Source of the DNA: an uncultured Clostridia bacterium
GTDB lineage: Bacteria > Bacillota > Clostridia > TANB77 > CAG-508
Assembly: GCA_944388655.1 (NCBI GenBank)
Contig: CALXJP010000028.1
Coordinates: 1-48,364 of the forward strand
Reading direction: 5' to 3'
DNA length: 48,364 nucleotides
In this document: positions 8,918 through 20,100 of the stretch, piece after piece
Layout of the letters: every line of letters starts with the position of its first letter
Position numbering within the stretch: the stretch's first letter is position 1
Program-made: the position numbers and the translations under genes
Notes under the pieces: model-generated
Seen by the model: the letters and a program-made list of their open reading frames with translations, nothing else
Databases searched by the model: none
What the model was told of the DNA's origin: nothing

Positions 8918-9565
8918 TTATTTAAAATATTTCAAACAAGTGCGAATAGCATTATTTTTCATAATCAACTTTCCACTTTCTTTCATTTTATTCACCCACA
9001 AACTAGAAAAAGTTAAATATGTAGCAAATTCTGTAATATTAGAAAATAATTTTTTTAAATGAGTATAGTGAACATTAATATTTTCTAAAACAAAATAGTA
9101 ACTATTTTTATATTCATATAAAGAAACACTTTGTGCAATTGTAGTATAAGGAATTTTATGATTCTGTAAAAAATTACAAAATTGACAAAAATCTTCAAAA
9201 CTAGGAAATGCATAAAGAGCATTTGCAGTATCAATTGGCATTTGTTTCCTTTTAATTTTAATTCTAGGCTTATACGAAACCGATTTTTTAGAAGATCCAG
9301 TTTCTTTATGTACAGAATTTGGCAAGCTACGTGTCACAGTAATAATAAAATCACCACTAGTAACAGCTAAAGCTTCAATGCGAATTTGATAATCCTTTGT
9401 AACAAAACCAATTTCCTTTTCTGCTTTATCTAGCATGTCAAAAAATAAATCTTGTGATTCAATGGAACTTGACATGAAATCATGTATATTAATATCTTTT
9501 TTAGCTAAATCTTCTTTATTTAAAGTAATTCTTATTTTATCATCATTTAGTTTTTCAAATCTCAT
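8918..9565 (-). CDS. mecA: adaptor protein MecA (ClpC adaptor)
   Basis: MRFEKLNDDKIRITLNKEDLAKKDINIHDF...SQDLFFDMLDKAEKEIGF and the C-terminal ...YEYKNSYYFVL...ITEFAT...ESGKLI follow the MecA N- and C-domain pattern. Confidence 0.85.
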   Translation of the reverse strand: MRFEKLNDDKIRITLNKEDLAKKDINIHDFMSSSIESQDLFFDMLDKAEKEIGFVTKDYQIRIEALAVTSGDFIITVTRSLPNSVHKETGSSKKSVSYKPRIKIKRKQMPIDTANALYAFPSFEDFCQFCNFLQNHKIPYTTIAQSVSLYEYKNSYYFVLENINVHYTHLKKLFSNITEFATYLTFSSLWVNKMKESGKLIMKNNAIRTCLKYFK

Positions 9566-9830
9566 AAAAAACCTCCTTATGTCTTAACATCATTATAACA
9601 TTGCTAACCGTAAAAATAAACACACAATTTATGGTAATATACTAATATTATATTACTAAAAAAATAAAAGGTACATCATAATATATCATACATTGTAAAA
9701 AAAGAAAATAGAAAAATCCAAATTTCCAAAAAAACTGTTTTTTTAGAATATATCTTGAAAAATAATCAAAATGCATATATAATTAGTAGGACAAAATAAT
9801 AGTTCCGTAAGGAAGAAAGGAAGAAAAAAC

Positions 9831-10088
9831 ATGGCAACGAAAGAGAAAAATGTGTGGATATTATTATTATTTATTTTATCAGGACTAGTAATTGGAGGAT
9901 TATTGGGGGAATTTGCAAAAGATATTAGTTTTTTAAGCTGGCTATCATATGGACAAAGTTTTGGACTTTCTAATCCTATAGAATTAGACTTAAGTGTAGT
10001 AAAAATAACATTTGGATTAATGGTCAATATTAATATAGCTAGCATAGTAGGACTATTAATTGCAATTTTTGTATATAGAAAAATTTAG
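9831..10088 (+). CDS. DUF4321 family small membrane protein
   Basis: 85-aa protein with two TM segments: WILLLFILSGLVIGGLLGEF...LDLSVVKITFGLMVNINIASIVGLLIAIFVYRKI. It occupies the usual position upstream of radC-mreB in Clostridia. Confidence 0.7.
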   Translation: MATKEKNVWILLLFILSGLVIGGLLGEFAKDISFLSWLSYGQSFGLSNPIELDLSVVKITFGLMVNINIASIVGLLIAIFVYRKI

Positions 10089-10122
10089 TTATCCACATAT
10101 CATGCAAAATATGTGGATAACT
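10087..10122 (+). other. 14-bp perfect hairpin/palindrome without a U-tract
   Basis: AGTTATCCACATAT (10087-10100), 8-nt loop, ATATGTGGATAACT (10109-10122). It overlaps the DUF4321 stop codon and is not followed by a T-run. Confidence 0.5.
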
Positions 10123-10166
10123 AATCTAAAACAAACGCTAAGGGGCTTAAGAAAGGAAACTTAAGC

Positions 10167-10865
10167 ATGTCAATAAAAATGAAAAATTTGCCAAATTCTG
10201 AAAGACCATATGAAAAATTAGAAATGTATGGAGCAGAAAATTTATCTAACTCAGAATTATTGGCCATTATTATCAAAACAGGAACAAAAGAAGACTCTTC
10301 TATTAATATAGCACAAAAAATTCTAGCAATGAAAGGAAATTACCCAGATAATTTAAGATTTTTACAAGATGTTTCTATAGAAGAATTAAAACAAATAAAA
10401 GGAGTAGGAAGAGTAAAAGCAATTCAAATAAAAGCTCTTTGTGAACTGACTAAAAGAATGTCAAGAAATGTACATGAAAATCATATTTATATTAAAAATC
10501 CACAAGATGTAGTAAATTTACTAATGGAAGAAATGAAATATGAAAAAATAGAAAATGTGAAAGTAATTATATTAAATATAAAAAATGTAGTACAAAAAAT
10601 GATTAATGTATCTACAGGAACAACCAATAGTGCATTAATTATTCCTAAAGATATTCTAAGAGAAGCGGTAAAAATGGGAATGCCCAAAATTATACTGGTA
10701 CATAATCATCCAAGTGGAGATGCAACACCAAGTAAAGAAGATATAGAAATTACCAAAAGAGTAAAAGAAGCATCTCATATTATGGGAATAGATTTATTAG
10801 ACCACATTGTTATAGGATTTAATTGCTATACAAGTATTTTTCAAAAATATAGTATAGGAGACTAA
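10167..10865 (+). CDS. radC: RadC-like JAB/MPN domain protein
   Basis: HhH region LKQIKGVGRVKAIQIKA and the JAMM motif ILVHNHPSGDATPSKEDIEITKRV. Confidence 0.9.
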   Translation: MSIKMKNLPNSERPYEKLEMYGAENLSNSELLAIIIKTGTKEDSSINIAQKILAMKGNYPDNLRFLQDVSIEELKQIKGVGRVKAIQIKALCELTKRMSRNVHENHIYIKNPQDVVNLLMEEMKYEKIENVKVIILNIKNVVQKMINVSTGTTNSALIIPKDILREAVKMGMPKIILVHNHPSGDATPSKEDIEITKRVKEASHIMGIDLLDHIVIGFNCYTSIFQKYSIGD

Positions 10866-10879
10866 AAAATGTTACATAA

Positions 10880-11939
<1,060 letters not shown>

Positions 11940-11953
11940 AAAGAGGAAAAAAC

Positions 11954-12769
11954 ATGTATTCATCAAAAAAGAAAGGAATTATAGGAATAATCATTACCAT
12001 TCTTATACTGATAATCATTGTAATTGCCACCAATATAAAAGCAGATGATTTATCTTCTATAGAGGGAATCGTAGGAAAAATTTTTATGCCTATACAAAAT
12101 GGACTCACATATGTAAAAAATCAACTCTCAGGAAATAATGCCTTTTTTACAGATATTAATAATTTAAGCAAAGAAAATGCAGAACTAAAACAAAAAAATA
12201 GTGAATTAGAACAGCAATTAAGAGAATTAGAAATAATTAAGGCAGAAAATGAAACTTTAAAAGAATATGTGAATTTAAAAGATAAATACACACAATACAC
12301 TACAATTCCAGCTTACGTAATTAACAAAGATATAAGCAATTATAATGAAAATATCATTATCAATGTAGGTTCAAAAGATGGAATTGAGGAAAACATGGCA
12401 GTTATCTCAGAAAAAGGATTAGTAGGGCATGTTATTTCTGTTACAGAAGACACAGCGAAAATAGAAACAATAGTTGATACAGCAAGTACAGTAAGTTGCA
12501 CAATAACTTCCACAAGAGATAATCTAATTGCAAGAGGAACTTTAGATAATGTATCTACCCTAAAAGCTGGTAATATACCAACAGATGCTACTGTACTACA
12601 AGGAGATACGATAGAAACATCTGGACTTGGTGGGATTTATCCTAAGGGAATTTTAATAGGAACAATAAAAAATGTAGTAAATACAAAAAATATTACAGAT
12701 AGATATGCGGAAATTGAAACAGCCGTAGACTTTGAAAAACTAGAAACGGTATTAGTAATTACAAATTAA
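11954..12769 (+). CDS. mreC: rod shape-determining protein MreC
   Basis: N-terminal TM, a coiled coil (ENAELKQKNSELEQQLRELE), and a beta-barrel region LVGHVISVTEDTAKIETIVD...ETSGLGGIYPKGILIGTI. Confidence 0.9.
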   Translation: MYSSKKKGIIGIIITILILIIIVIATNIKADDLSSIEGIVGKIFMPIQNGLTYVKNQLSGNNAFFTDINNLSKENAELKQKNSELEQQLRELEIIKAENETLKEYVNLKDKYTQYTTIPAYVINKDISNYNENIIINVGSKDGIEENMAVISEKGLVGHVISVTEDTAKIETIVDTASTVSCTITSTRDNLIARGTLDNVSTLKAGNIPTDATVLQGDTIETSGLGGIYPKGILIGTIKNVVNTKNITDRYAEIETAVDFEKLETVLVITN

Positions 12770-12783
12770 AAAGGAAAAGAATA

Positions 12784-13318
12784 ATGAAAAAAACACTTTC
12801 AATTATTATATTATGTATCGTATTTTGGATTACCTATCTATTGCAAGCCAACTTTTTTAGTTGGTTTACTATTGCACAAATAAAACCCAATTTATTTATT
12901 ATATTAGTTTTATTTGTAGGTCTTTATGCAGGTAATAAAATAAGTATTCCCTTTGGAATACTTATTCGGAATCATTTTAGATATCATTATGGGAAAAACA
13001 ATAGGAATTTATACCCTTATGTATGGTGTAACAGGACTAATAGGGGGCTATTTAGATAAAAACTTTTCGAAAGATAGTCGAATTACTTTCATTATTATGA
13101 TTATAGGTACAACTGTAATAGTAGAAGTAATCAATTATATTATGAATATAGTTATTTTCTCTATACCGGTGGAAATCATAAGCTTTATAAAAGTAATGGC
13201 AATAGAGGTATTATATAATGTAATATTAACTATTATCTTATATCCTATTATACAAATAGGAGGGTATCGATTAGAAAATATATTTAAAGGGCAAAACGTG
13301 TTAACAAGGTACTTTTAG
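12784..13318 (+). pseudogene. mreD: rod shape-determining protein MreD, reading frame interrupted by a +1 shift near 12964-12967
   Basis: The ORFs 12784-13059 and 12953-13318 overlap in different frames. Skipping one base (for example C12967) gives ...ISIPFGILIGIILDIIMGKTIGIYTLMYG..., a single roughly 177-aa five-TM MreD-like protein. Confidence 0.75.
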
Positions 13319-13329
13319 GAGGTGAAATA

Positions 13330-15444
13330 TTGGGAGAAAAAGAACATAGTAAGTTACGATTTAATATTGTATCAGCATTTGTGTACATAATTGGAATTGT
13401 TTTACTTGCTCAATTATTTAATTTACAAATTGTGCATGGAGAAAGTTATAGAGAACAATCTAACACTAGACTAAGTAGAGAAAGTACATTAAAAGCAGCA
13501 AGAGGAAATATACGTGACAGTTCAGGAACTTTGTTAGCAACTACAGTAGCACAAAATGATTTAGAAATTTATAAAACAAAAATTGATACACAACAATTGA
13601 ACACCGCTTTATTAAAATTAGCACAAATACTTGAAAAAAATGCAGATACCTATATTAATCATTTACCAATACAAATTAATCCATTTACCTTTACCATTAG
13701 TGAAGAAGAAGCAAAGGAATGGAAAATACAGCAAAAAATAGAGGAAAATAAAAGTGCAGAAGAATGCTTTTACATTTTAAAAGAAAAATACGAAATACAA
13801 GAAGAAAATATAGAAAATGCCAGAAAAATCATGACCCTACGTTATGAAATAGAAACACAAGGGTATAGTAGCACAAAAACGGTTACTCTAGCTAAAAATA
13901 TTAGTGAAGCAACTTTACATGAAGTAAGTGAGCAAAATGCACAATTTCCAGGAGTAAATATTGTTACTAGTCCAACAAGATATTATCCATCCTCTAATTT
14001 AGCTTCACATATTATTGGCTATATTAGTCAAATTAGTGCAGAAGAATATGATGCCAATAAAGAAAGATATGATATCAATGATATTATAGGAAAAACTGGA
14101 ATAGAATATATTTTCGAGCCATATTTAAAAGGAACAGATGGCGTAAAACAAATAGATATGTCTGTTGATGGAACAGTAACAGATGAATACATATCTCAAG
14201 AAGCAGTAGCAGGTGCAGACGTTATATTAACCATAGATGCTAACTTACAGAAAATCACAGAACAGGCACTAAAAAATAACATAGAAAAAATTAGAAATGG
14301 AGGATTCTCCGATTCAGCTAACGTTACAGGAGGTTCTGCAGTAGTAATGAATGTCAATACTGGAGAAGTATTAGCAATGGCAAGTTATCCAGACTTTAAT
14401 CCACAAGAATTTGTAGGAGGAATTAGTACGGCAAAATGGGAAGAATATACTAAAAGAGATGAAAGTAATAAATATATTTCAGCCATGACAAACCGAGCAA
14501 TTTCTTCTCTATCAGCACCAGGCTCTACTTTTAAAATGGCAACGGCAATAGCAGCACTAGAAACGGGAAAACTTACCGTAACAGAAAAAATTAGAGATAC
14601 AGGAATTTATCACTACTCTTCAGATTATAACCCAAAATGTTGGATATATAATTCAACAGGAGGAGGACATGGCTATTTAAATGTAACACAAGCTATTCAA
14701 CATTCATGTAATTATTTCTTTTATGAACTAGGAAATAGACTAGGAGATGAAAATTTAGCAAAATATGCAAGATATTTAGGTTTAGGTAAAAAAACAGGAG
14801 TGGAATTGTTAGGAGAGGTAGAAGGAACGGTAGCTTGTAGAGAAACTTCTCAAAAACTAGGTGTAGAATGGAATGAAGGAAATGTATTATCAGCAGCTAT
14901 AGGACAAGAAAATAACCAATTCACTCCAATACAAATGGCAAAATATACAAGTATTATTGCTAATGGAGGAAAAAATATAGATGTAACCATTTTAAAATCT
15001 ATTGTAGATGCTAATGGCAATGAAATACCAAAAGAAGAAATAGAAACATATTTGCAAGAAAAAATGGGAATTACTAAAGAAGAACAAACCGAAAATTTAA
15101 GTTTTCAGTCACAAAATGTACAAGCAGTACTAGAAGGAATGAGAGGAGTAACTAGCGAATCAGGAGGAACAGCATATGCTTACTTTAGAGGATTTAACAT
15201 AGAAGTAGGAGGAAAAACAGGTTCTGCCCAAACAGGTGATGATGCTGTAACCAATGCATGGTTTGTAGGTTTTGCTCCATTCGATAAACCAGAAATTGCT
15301 GTAGTAGTAATGGTAGAAAATGGACAACATGGAGGCTATACGGCAGAAGTTGCAAGAGATATTATTGCAGAATATTTTGGCATGAATGCAACAAAAGTAA
15401 CAGAAGATATGACTGCAAAACCAAGTACAGAAATGCAAAACTAA
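13330..15444 (+). CDS. mrdA: penicillin-binding protein 2 (class B transpeptidase of the elongasome)
   Basis: N-terminal TM and transpeptidase motifs STFK (APGSTFKMA), SCN (HSCNYFF) and KTG (GKTGSAQ). TTG start behind AGGAGGTG. Confidence 0.9.
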   Translation: MGEKEHSKLRFNIVSAFVYIIGIVLLAQLFNLQIVHGESYREQSNTRLSRESTLKAARGNIRDSSGTLLATTVAQNDLEIYKTKIDTQQLNTALLKLAQILEKNADTYINHLPIQINPFTFTISEEEAKEWKIQQKIEENKSAEECFYILKEKYEIQEENIENARKIMTLRYEIETQGYSSTKTVTLAKNISEATLHEVSEQNAQFPGVNIVTSPTRYYPSSNLASHIIGYISQISAEEYDANKERYDINDIIGKTGIEYIFEPYLKGTDGVKQIDMSVDGTVTDEYISQEAVAGADVILTIDANLQKITEQALKNNIEKIRNGGFSDSANVTGGSAVVMNVNTGEVLAMASYPDFNPQEFVGGISTAKWEEYTKRDESNKYISAMTNRAISSLSAPGSTFKMATAIAALETGKLTVTEKIRDTGIYHYSSDYNPKCWIYNSTGGGHGYLNVTQAIQHSCNYFFYELGNRLGDENLAKYARYLGLGKKTGVELLGEVEGTVACRETSQKLGVEWNEGNVLSAAIGQENNQFTPIQMAKYTSIIANGGKNIDVTILKSIVDANGNEIPKEEIETYLQEKMGITKEEQTENLSFQSQNVQAVLEGMRGVTSESGGTAYAYFRGFNIEVGGKTGSAQTGDDAVTNAWFVGFAPFDKPEIAVVVMVENGQHGGYTAEVARDIIAEYFGMNATKVTEDMTAKPSTEMQN

Positions 15445-15506
15445 AATTATGAAATACACAAGAGCAAAGAAGAAAGAAGAGGCAAAAAAGAAAGAAGGAA
15501 AAAGAA

Positions 15507-16118
15507 ATGAAAAATTGTGTAATCATTGAACTAAAGAAAGACAAAATAGTAATGAAAATCCATGAAAATGCAAAACAAAGTGAAATTTTAGAATGCTTAA
15601 AAGAAAAATTACCAGATCTACAAAAATTATGCAAAGGTGAAAAAACATCTATCTACGTTGAAGGAAAAGTGTTAAAGAAAAAAGAAATAGAAGAAATCAG
15701 AAAAGCAATTAGTGCACAAATCCCTGTAGATATAGATTTTGAAAGTTCTAAAGGGCTGGGATTACATGGAATTAAAAGAAGCTTTAGTAAAGAAATAGCA
15801 TCTTCAGATACTATATTTCATAAAGGAGCTTTACGTTCTGGGCAAAAAATTGAATATGAAGGAAGCATAGTAGTTATAGGAGATGTAAATGGTGGAGCAG
15901 AAGTCATTGCAGGTGAAAATATTATTGTTCTAGGGGTTTTACGAGGTCTTGCACATGCAGGAGCAAAAGGAAATAAACAAGCCATTATAGCAGCAGAAAA
16001 AATAGAGTGCCCACAAATTAGAATCTCAAATATTATTAAAGAAATTGAAACCAATGAAGAAGAAGGGCAAACCGAAAATTTTGCTTATGTTAATGAAAAT
16101 AACGAAATTATATTGTAA
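15507..16118 (+). CDS. minC: septum site-determining protein MinC
   Basis: C-terminal beta-helix signature GDVNGGAEVIAGENIIVLGVLRGLAHAGAKGNKQAIIAA. Confidence 0.88.
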   Translation: MKNCVIIELKKDKIVMKIHENAKQSEILECLKEKLPDLQKLCKGEKTSIYVEGKVLKKKEIEEIRKAISAQIPVDIDFESSKGLGLHGIKRSFSKEIASSDTIFHKGALRSGQKIEYEGSIVVIGDVNGGAEVIAGENIIVLGVLRGLAHAGAKGNKQAIIAAEKIECPQIRISNIIKEIETNEEEGQTENFAYVNENNEIIL

Positions 16119-16125
16119 ATAAAAA

Positions 16126-16158
16126 AACTGTCAAACCATAAGAATTTGGCAGTTTTTT
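16126..16158. terminator. bidirectional terminator between minC and the convergent small genes
   Basis: AACTGTCAAA (16126-16135) pairs with TTTGGCAGTT (16145-16154) with one G:U. It is flanked by an A-run upstream and a T-run downstream. Confidence 0.75.
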
Positions 16159-16423
16159 AATTACTACATAATAATAATAAAAGAACCATAAATAAATAAT
16201 AATCATCACAATCATCTTGATATAATAAAAACAATAGGGCAATGAGTAATATATCATCAAAACGAAAAGTTAACCCAAAAATTTCAAAAGTCTTTTCTTC
16301 CTTTTCTTTACATAAGTTATCTGTAGGAATATCCATAGTTTTTTTAGGTGGCATTTTGGGAGGTTCATATGTATAATTAAAATTTCCTCGTCTTCTGTAA
16401 TAAGGAAAGAAAGGAAACATCAT
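16157..16423 (-). CDS. small hypothetical membrane protein (88 aa)
   Basis: Pro/Tyr/Arg-rich N-terminus and a C-terminal hydrophobic segment ILLIALLFLLYQDDCDDYYLFMVLLLLL. Its ATG overlaps the stop of the upstream gene (ATGA at 16420-16423). Confidence 0.55.
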   Translation of the reverse strand: MMFPFFPYYRRRGNFNYTYEPPKMPPKKTMDIPTDNLCKEKEEKTFEIFGLTFRFDDILLIALLFLLYQDDCDDYYLFMVLLLLLCSN

Positions 16424-16758
16424 TTTTTGTTTTCACCACCCATAATTCCTAAACCTTCAATTAGGTCACTCATATTTAAAAGTTGCATATATTGTTCTAA
16501 TTTGTTTTTTCTACTATCACGTAAGTAAGGCTTTAGGGAATAAAGCAATTGCGAGCGTGGGCTATTTTTATTTTGCTTCATTTTTTCCATAATACTTTTT
16601 ATTTTCATAATGGTATTCATATCTATATTTCCCATCATATTATCAAAAGAATTAGATTCAGAAGAAGTTGTATCTTTGTCCTCAAAGTTAGTATTATCAG
16701 TACTTTTAGAAAACTTATCGAACATTTTTTGAATATCCTCAGGAAATTCTTTGGTCAT
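16420..16758 (-). CDS. hypothetical protein (112 aa), conserved-looking C-terminal helix region
   Basis: I trimmed this to ATG 16758 (RBS AGAAGGA upstream). Sequence: MTKEFPEDIQKMF...NSPRSQLLYSLKPYLRDSRKNKLEQYMQLLNMSDL. The 113 codons upstream in the ORF track are AT-rich promoter DNA. Confidence 0.6.
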   Translation of the reverse strand: MTKEFPEDIQKMFDKFSKSTDNTNFEDKDTTSSESNSFDNMMGNIDMNTIMKIKSIMEKMKQNKNSPRSQLLYSLKPYLRDSRKNKLEQYMQLLNMSDLIEGLGIMGGENKK

Positions 16759-17036
16759 AAAAATCCTTCTTTCTGATACAAAATTGCATCCCAATGTTTC
16801 TATATTATCATATGTAAAATAAGTAAAAAATGTTACTAAAAATTGCAATTGTAATATAAATTTAATATTTGCTTGCTTGTTTGTATTTCCGTATATGAAT
16901 AGGTTACAGAAACAAAAGCATGTTATATAAATTACTTGAAAAAAAACACGAAAAATGTAACAATAAGAAAGAATATATATAATTATATAAATAAAAAAGA
17001 ATTTTACATAAAAAGTATTAAATATGCCATAAAACG

Positions 17037-17065
17037 TTGAAAAACAAACATACATGTAGTATAAT
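17037..17065 (+). promoter_or_regulatory. near-consensus sigma-A promoter of the giant surface-protein operon
   Basis: TTGAAA (17037-17042), 17-nt spacer, TATAAT (17060-17065), about 48 nt upstream of ATG 17113. RBS is AGGAGG. Confidence 0.55.
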
Positions 17066-17112
17066 AAATAATAGTGATGTATAAAAAATAAAAACAAAAA
17101 TAGGAGGTTTCT

Positions 17113-20100
17113 ATGAAAAGAATTTTAACCAAATTAGTAGCTACAATTACTGTTATGACAATTGTTTTAAGTAATTTATCTATCGTTGGTATTTATGGTT
17201 CGCAAGTATTAGCCACTGAGCTTAACTCACAAAATACAGCAACCAATATTGACGATATTCATTTTGATGCTTATTTTAAGCAAGAAGAAAACAATACCCG
17301 CTCAGCAAGATTAGAAATAGGAGCAGATAATCGACTATATGCAAAAATATCGGTAGGAAGTAGTGGATATTTAAAAAATGCAAAAATAACATTAAAAGCA
17401 GAAAATGAAGGCGAAGATGTAAACTTTGCATTAGGGGAAGTAACAAGTAATAGCATCATTCAAACGATTAATCAACAAACAAAAGAAATCGTATTAAACC
17501 AAATGAATGCTAATACAGAACAAGAAATAGAACTACCAATCCTATTTACCAATAAGGAAATCATTCCAGAAAATGAATTTGCAAAACAAACTATTGCACA
17601 AATAGAAGGAACATATATCGACATTAATGGAAGAGAACATGAAGTAAAAAAAGAAATAACAATACAAGCAAGTTGGTATGCAAATTCTGTAGAAGCAACG
17701 CTAGAACAAAATGTATCTAAATATATACCTTTTAATATCAATGAGAAAAAAGGAATTATCATACAAACTGTAGTAAAATCGGGAATAAAAGATAATAAAT
17801 TACCAATTCAACAAAGTAACATTACAGTAGATGTACCATCTATCAATCAAATAAAACCAACAGAAGTTAGAGTAGAAGCATTATCTACTGCAGCAACAAA
17901 TGGAGATACAACAGGAAGTAGCTTTAAACAAGAAAATTATCAATATGATGCAGAAAATGCAAAAATACAAATACAAGTGAATAATATACAAACAGAAGAA
18001 AATAAGCAAATTTCATGGAAAAAGCAAGTACAAGATGAATATATTATTACCTATATATATCCAGAGGAAACTTTAAACTCTATTACTGAAGAAGGAATTG
18101 TTATTCCTTTAAATGCAAAATCTGAATTGCAAGTATATACAAGTAATGTAGTAACGGCAGAAGTAAAGAATGAACAAACATTAAAAGAAAAATTAAATGA
18201 TGTAATTACATTGCAAAATGGTATGACAGAACATATATCAAAAGCATATTTATATGCTAATCAAAAACAATCGATAGCAGAAGAAAATAAACAAGAAACA
18301 ATTTATGATGAAAAATATGTATTAGACGTTTCTTACTCAGACCTAGTAGATGTAATCCAATTAAAATTAATGAAGGGCAACTTTATAGCAGCAGAAGATG
18401 TAAGAATGGCTATGGCAAACAATGTATATATTAAAAATATTACAGTAAACAAAAAACAAGCTATGGACATTTTAGGAGAAGAGGGAAAAGTAACCATAAA
18501 AACTCCAGAAGGAACAGTAATTGCTGAAATTACAAAAGATTCTACTGAAATTTCTTATGGTATGTCACAAGTAGATTTAACCCAATATAATATCAACGAA
18601 TTAATTATAGAAACAACAAAACCTCAAAAAGAAGGAAAAATAGAAATTCAGGCACAAAGAGCAATCCATACAAATGTAGATTATACCCTAGAACAAATAA
18701 CCAATATGGCAGGAATAGAAACAAAAGCACAAATAGTAGCTACTTTAGGAGAAACAACCATTGTTGAAGCAACCGCTACTATGACCGCTTTATTAGATGA
18801 ACTACAAATGGGAGCTAATTTAACCATTGATAGAGATACACTATCTACTGTAACGGAAAATCAAAATGTAATATTAACAGCAGTTTTAAATACTAATACC
18901 ATACAAAGCAAATTATTTACTAATCCAAGAATAGAAGTAATTTTACCAGAATATGTAGAAAATATTACCTTAAATAAAGCACCAGAAGTTGCATTTAATA
19001 CAGAACTAAGTGTGGGAAATTATCAAGTTATTACCAGAGAAGATGGAAGAAAAGCTATCATAATAGATATGGTAGGAGAACAAACGGTATATGATTTAGG
19101 ACTAATCTATGGTGGAGCCAATATTATCATAGATGCCAATATGACTTTAAGAAGACTAACACCAACAACACAGACAGAAATGATTATGCAAGTAACTAAC
19201 CAAGGAGAGACAATAGAAGTAAGAACACCAATTACTACACAATCTCCAACAGGAACTGTTACTATTAATAAAGTAAGCAACTTTAATACAGCAAAAGATG
19301 TTATAGAAACATTAGATGGGGAAAACAATGAAGGAAAACTAGATGTATTAAGTCAAACCAAAAAACAAGCTATACTAGAAATGACAGTTATGAACAACAA
19401 TGGAAAAGCATTAAAAAATGTATCTATTTTAGGAAGAACAATTGCAAAAGATAATACAGATGCAGCTTCAGGAGAAAGTTTAGGTTCAACATTTGATGCC
19501 ATTATGCAAACACCACTTAGCGTATCTGGACTTACCAATTATCAGGTATATTATTCAGAAAATCCAGAAGCTACAAAAGACTTAGAAAATGCTGAAAATG
19601 GATGGACACAAACTCCAGCAGATTTAAGTAAGGTAAGATCTTTCTTAATTGTTCCAGAAAGTAGCTATGTAATGCAAGTGGGAGATATCATTACAGCAAG
19701 TTATACAGCAGAAATTCCAGAAAATTTAGGAAGAAACAATGATGGTTATACCAATTATGCAATATATTCTATACTAGATGGAGCAACAAGCGAAGATAAA
19801 ACAGTAGCACCAACAGTAAAATTAACTACAGGAGAGGGGCCAGAAATATCTGTAAAACTAGAATCCAATGTAGAAAATGAGGACGTAAGAGAAGGACAAA
19901 ATATTCATTATAAAGCAACTGTAACAAATATTGGTAAAGTAGAAGTTAAAGGAATTGTACTAGCAATGGATATACCTCAGTACACATCATTTATAGAATA
20001 TGTACCAGGAGATTATGGAGAAATTGATACTTATGTACCAAATGAAGAAAAAAAGGTAACAACAAAAGGTTTCAGCAATTTACAACCAGGGGAAAGTGCA

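Noticed and set aside
8847-9062. 71-aa + strand ORF after the pilin-like gene.
   Set aside because: It begins inside the bidirectional terminator and overlaps the 3' end of mecA on the opposite strand. Nothing supports it.
16759-17097. N-terminal 113-codon extension of the 16420-17097 ORF.
   Set aside because: The translation is Phe/Tyr/Ile-rich nonsense across an AT-rich divergent promoter region, which also contains the sigma-A promoter of the opposite operon. A proper ATG with an RBS exists at 16758.
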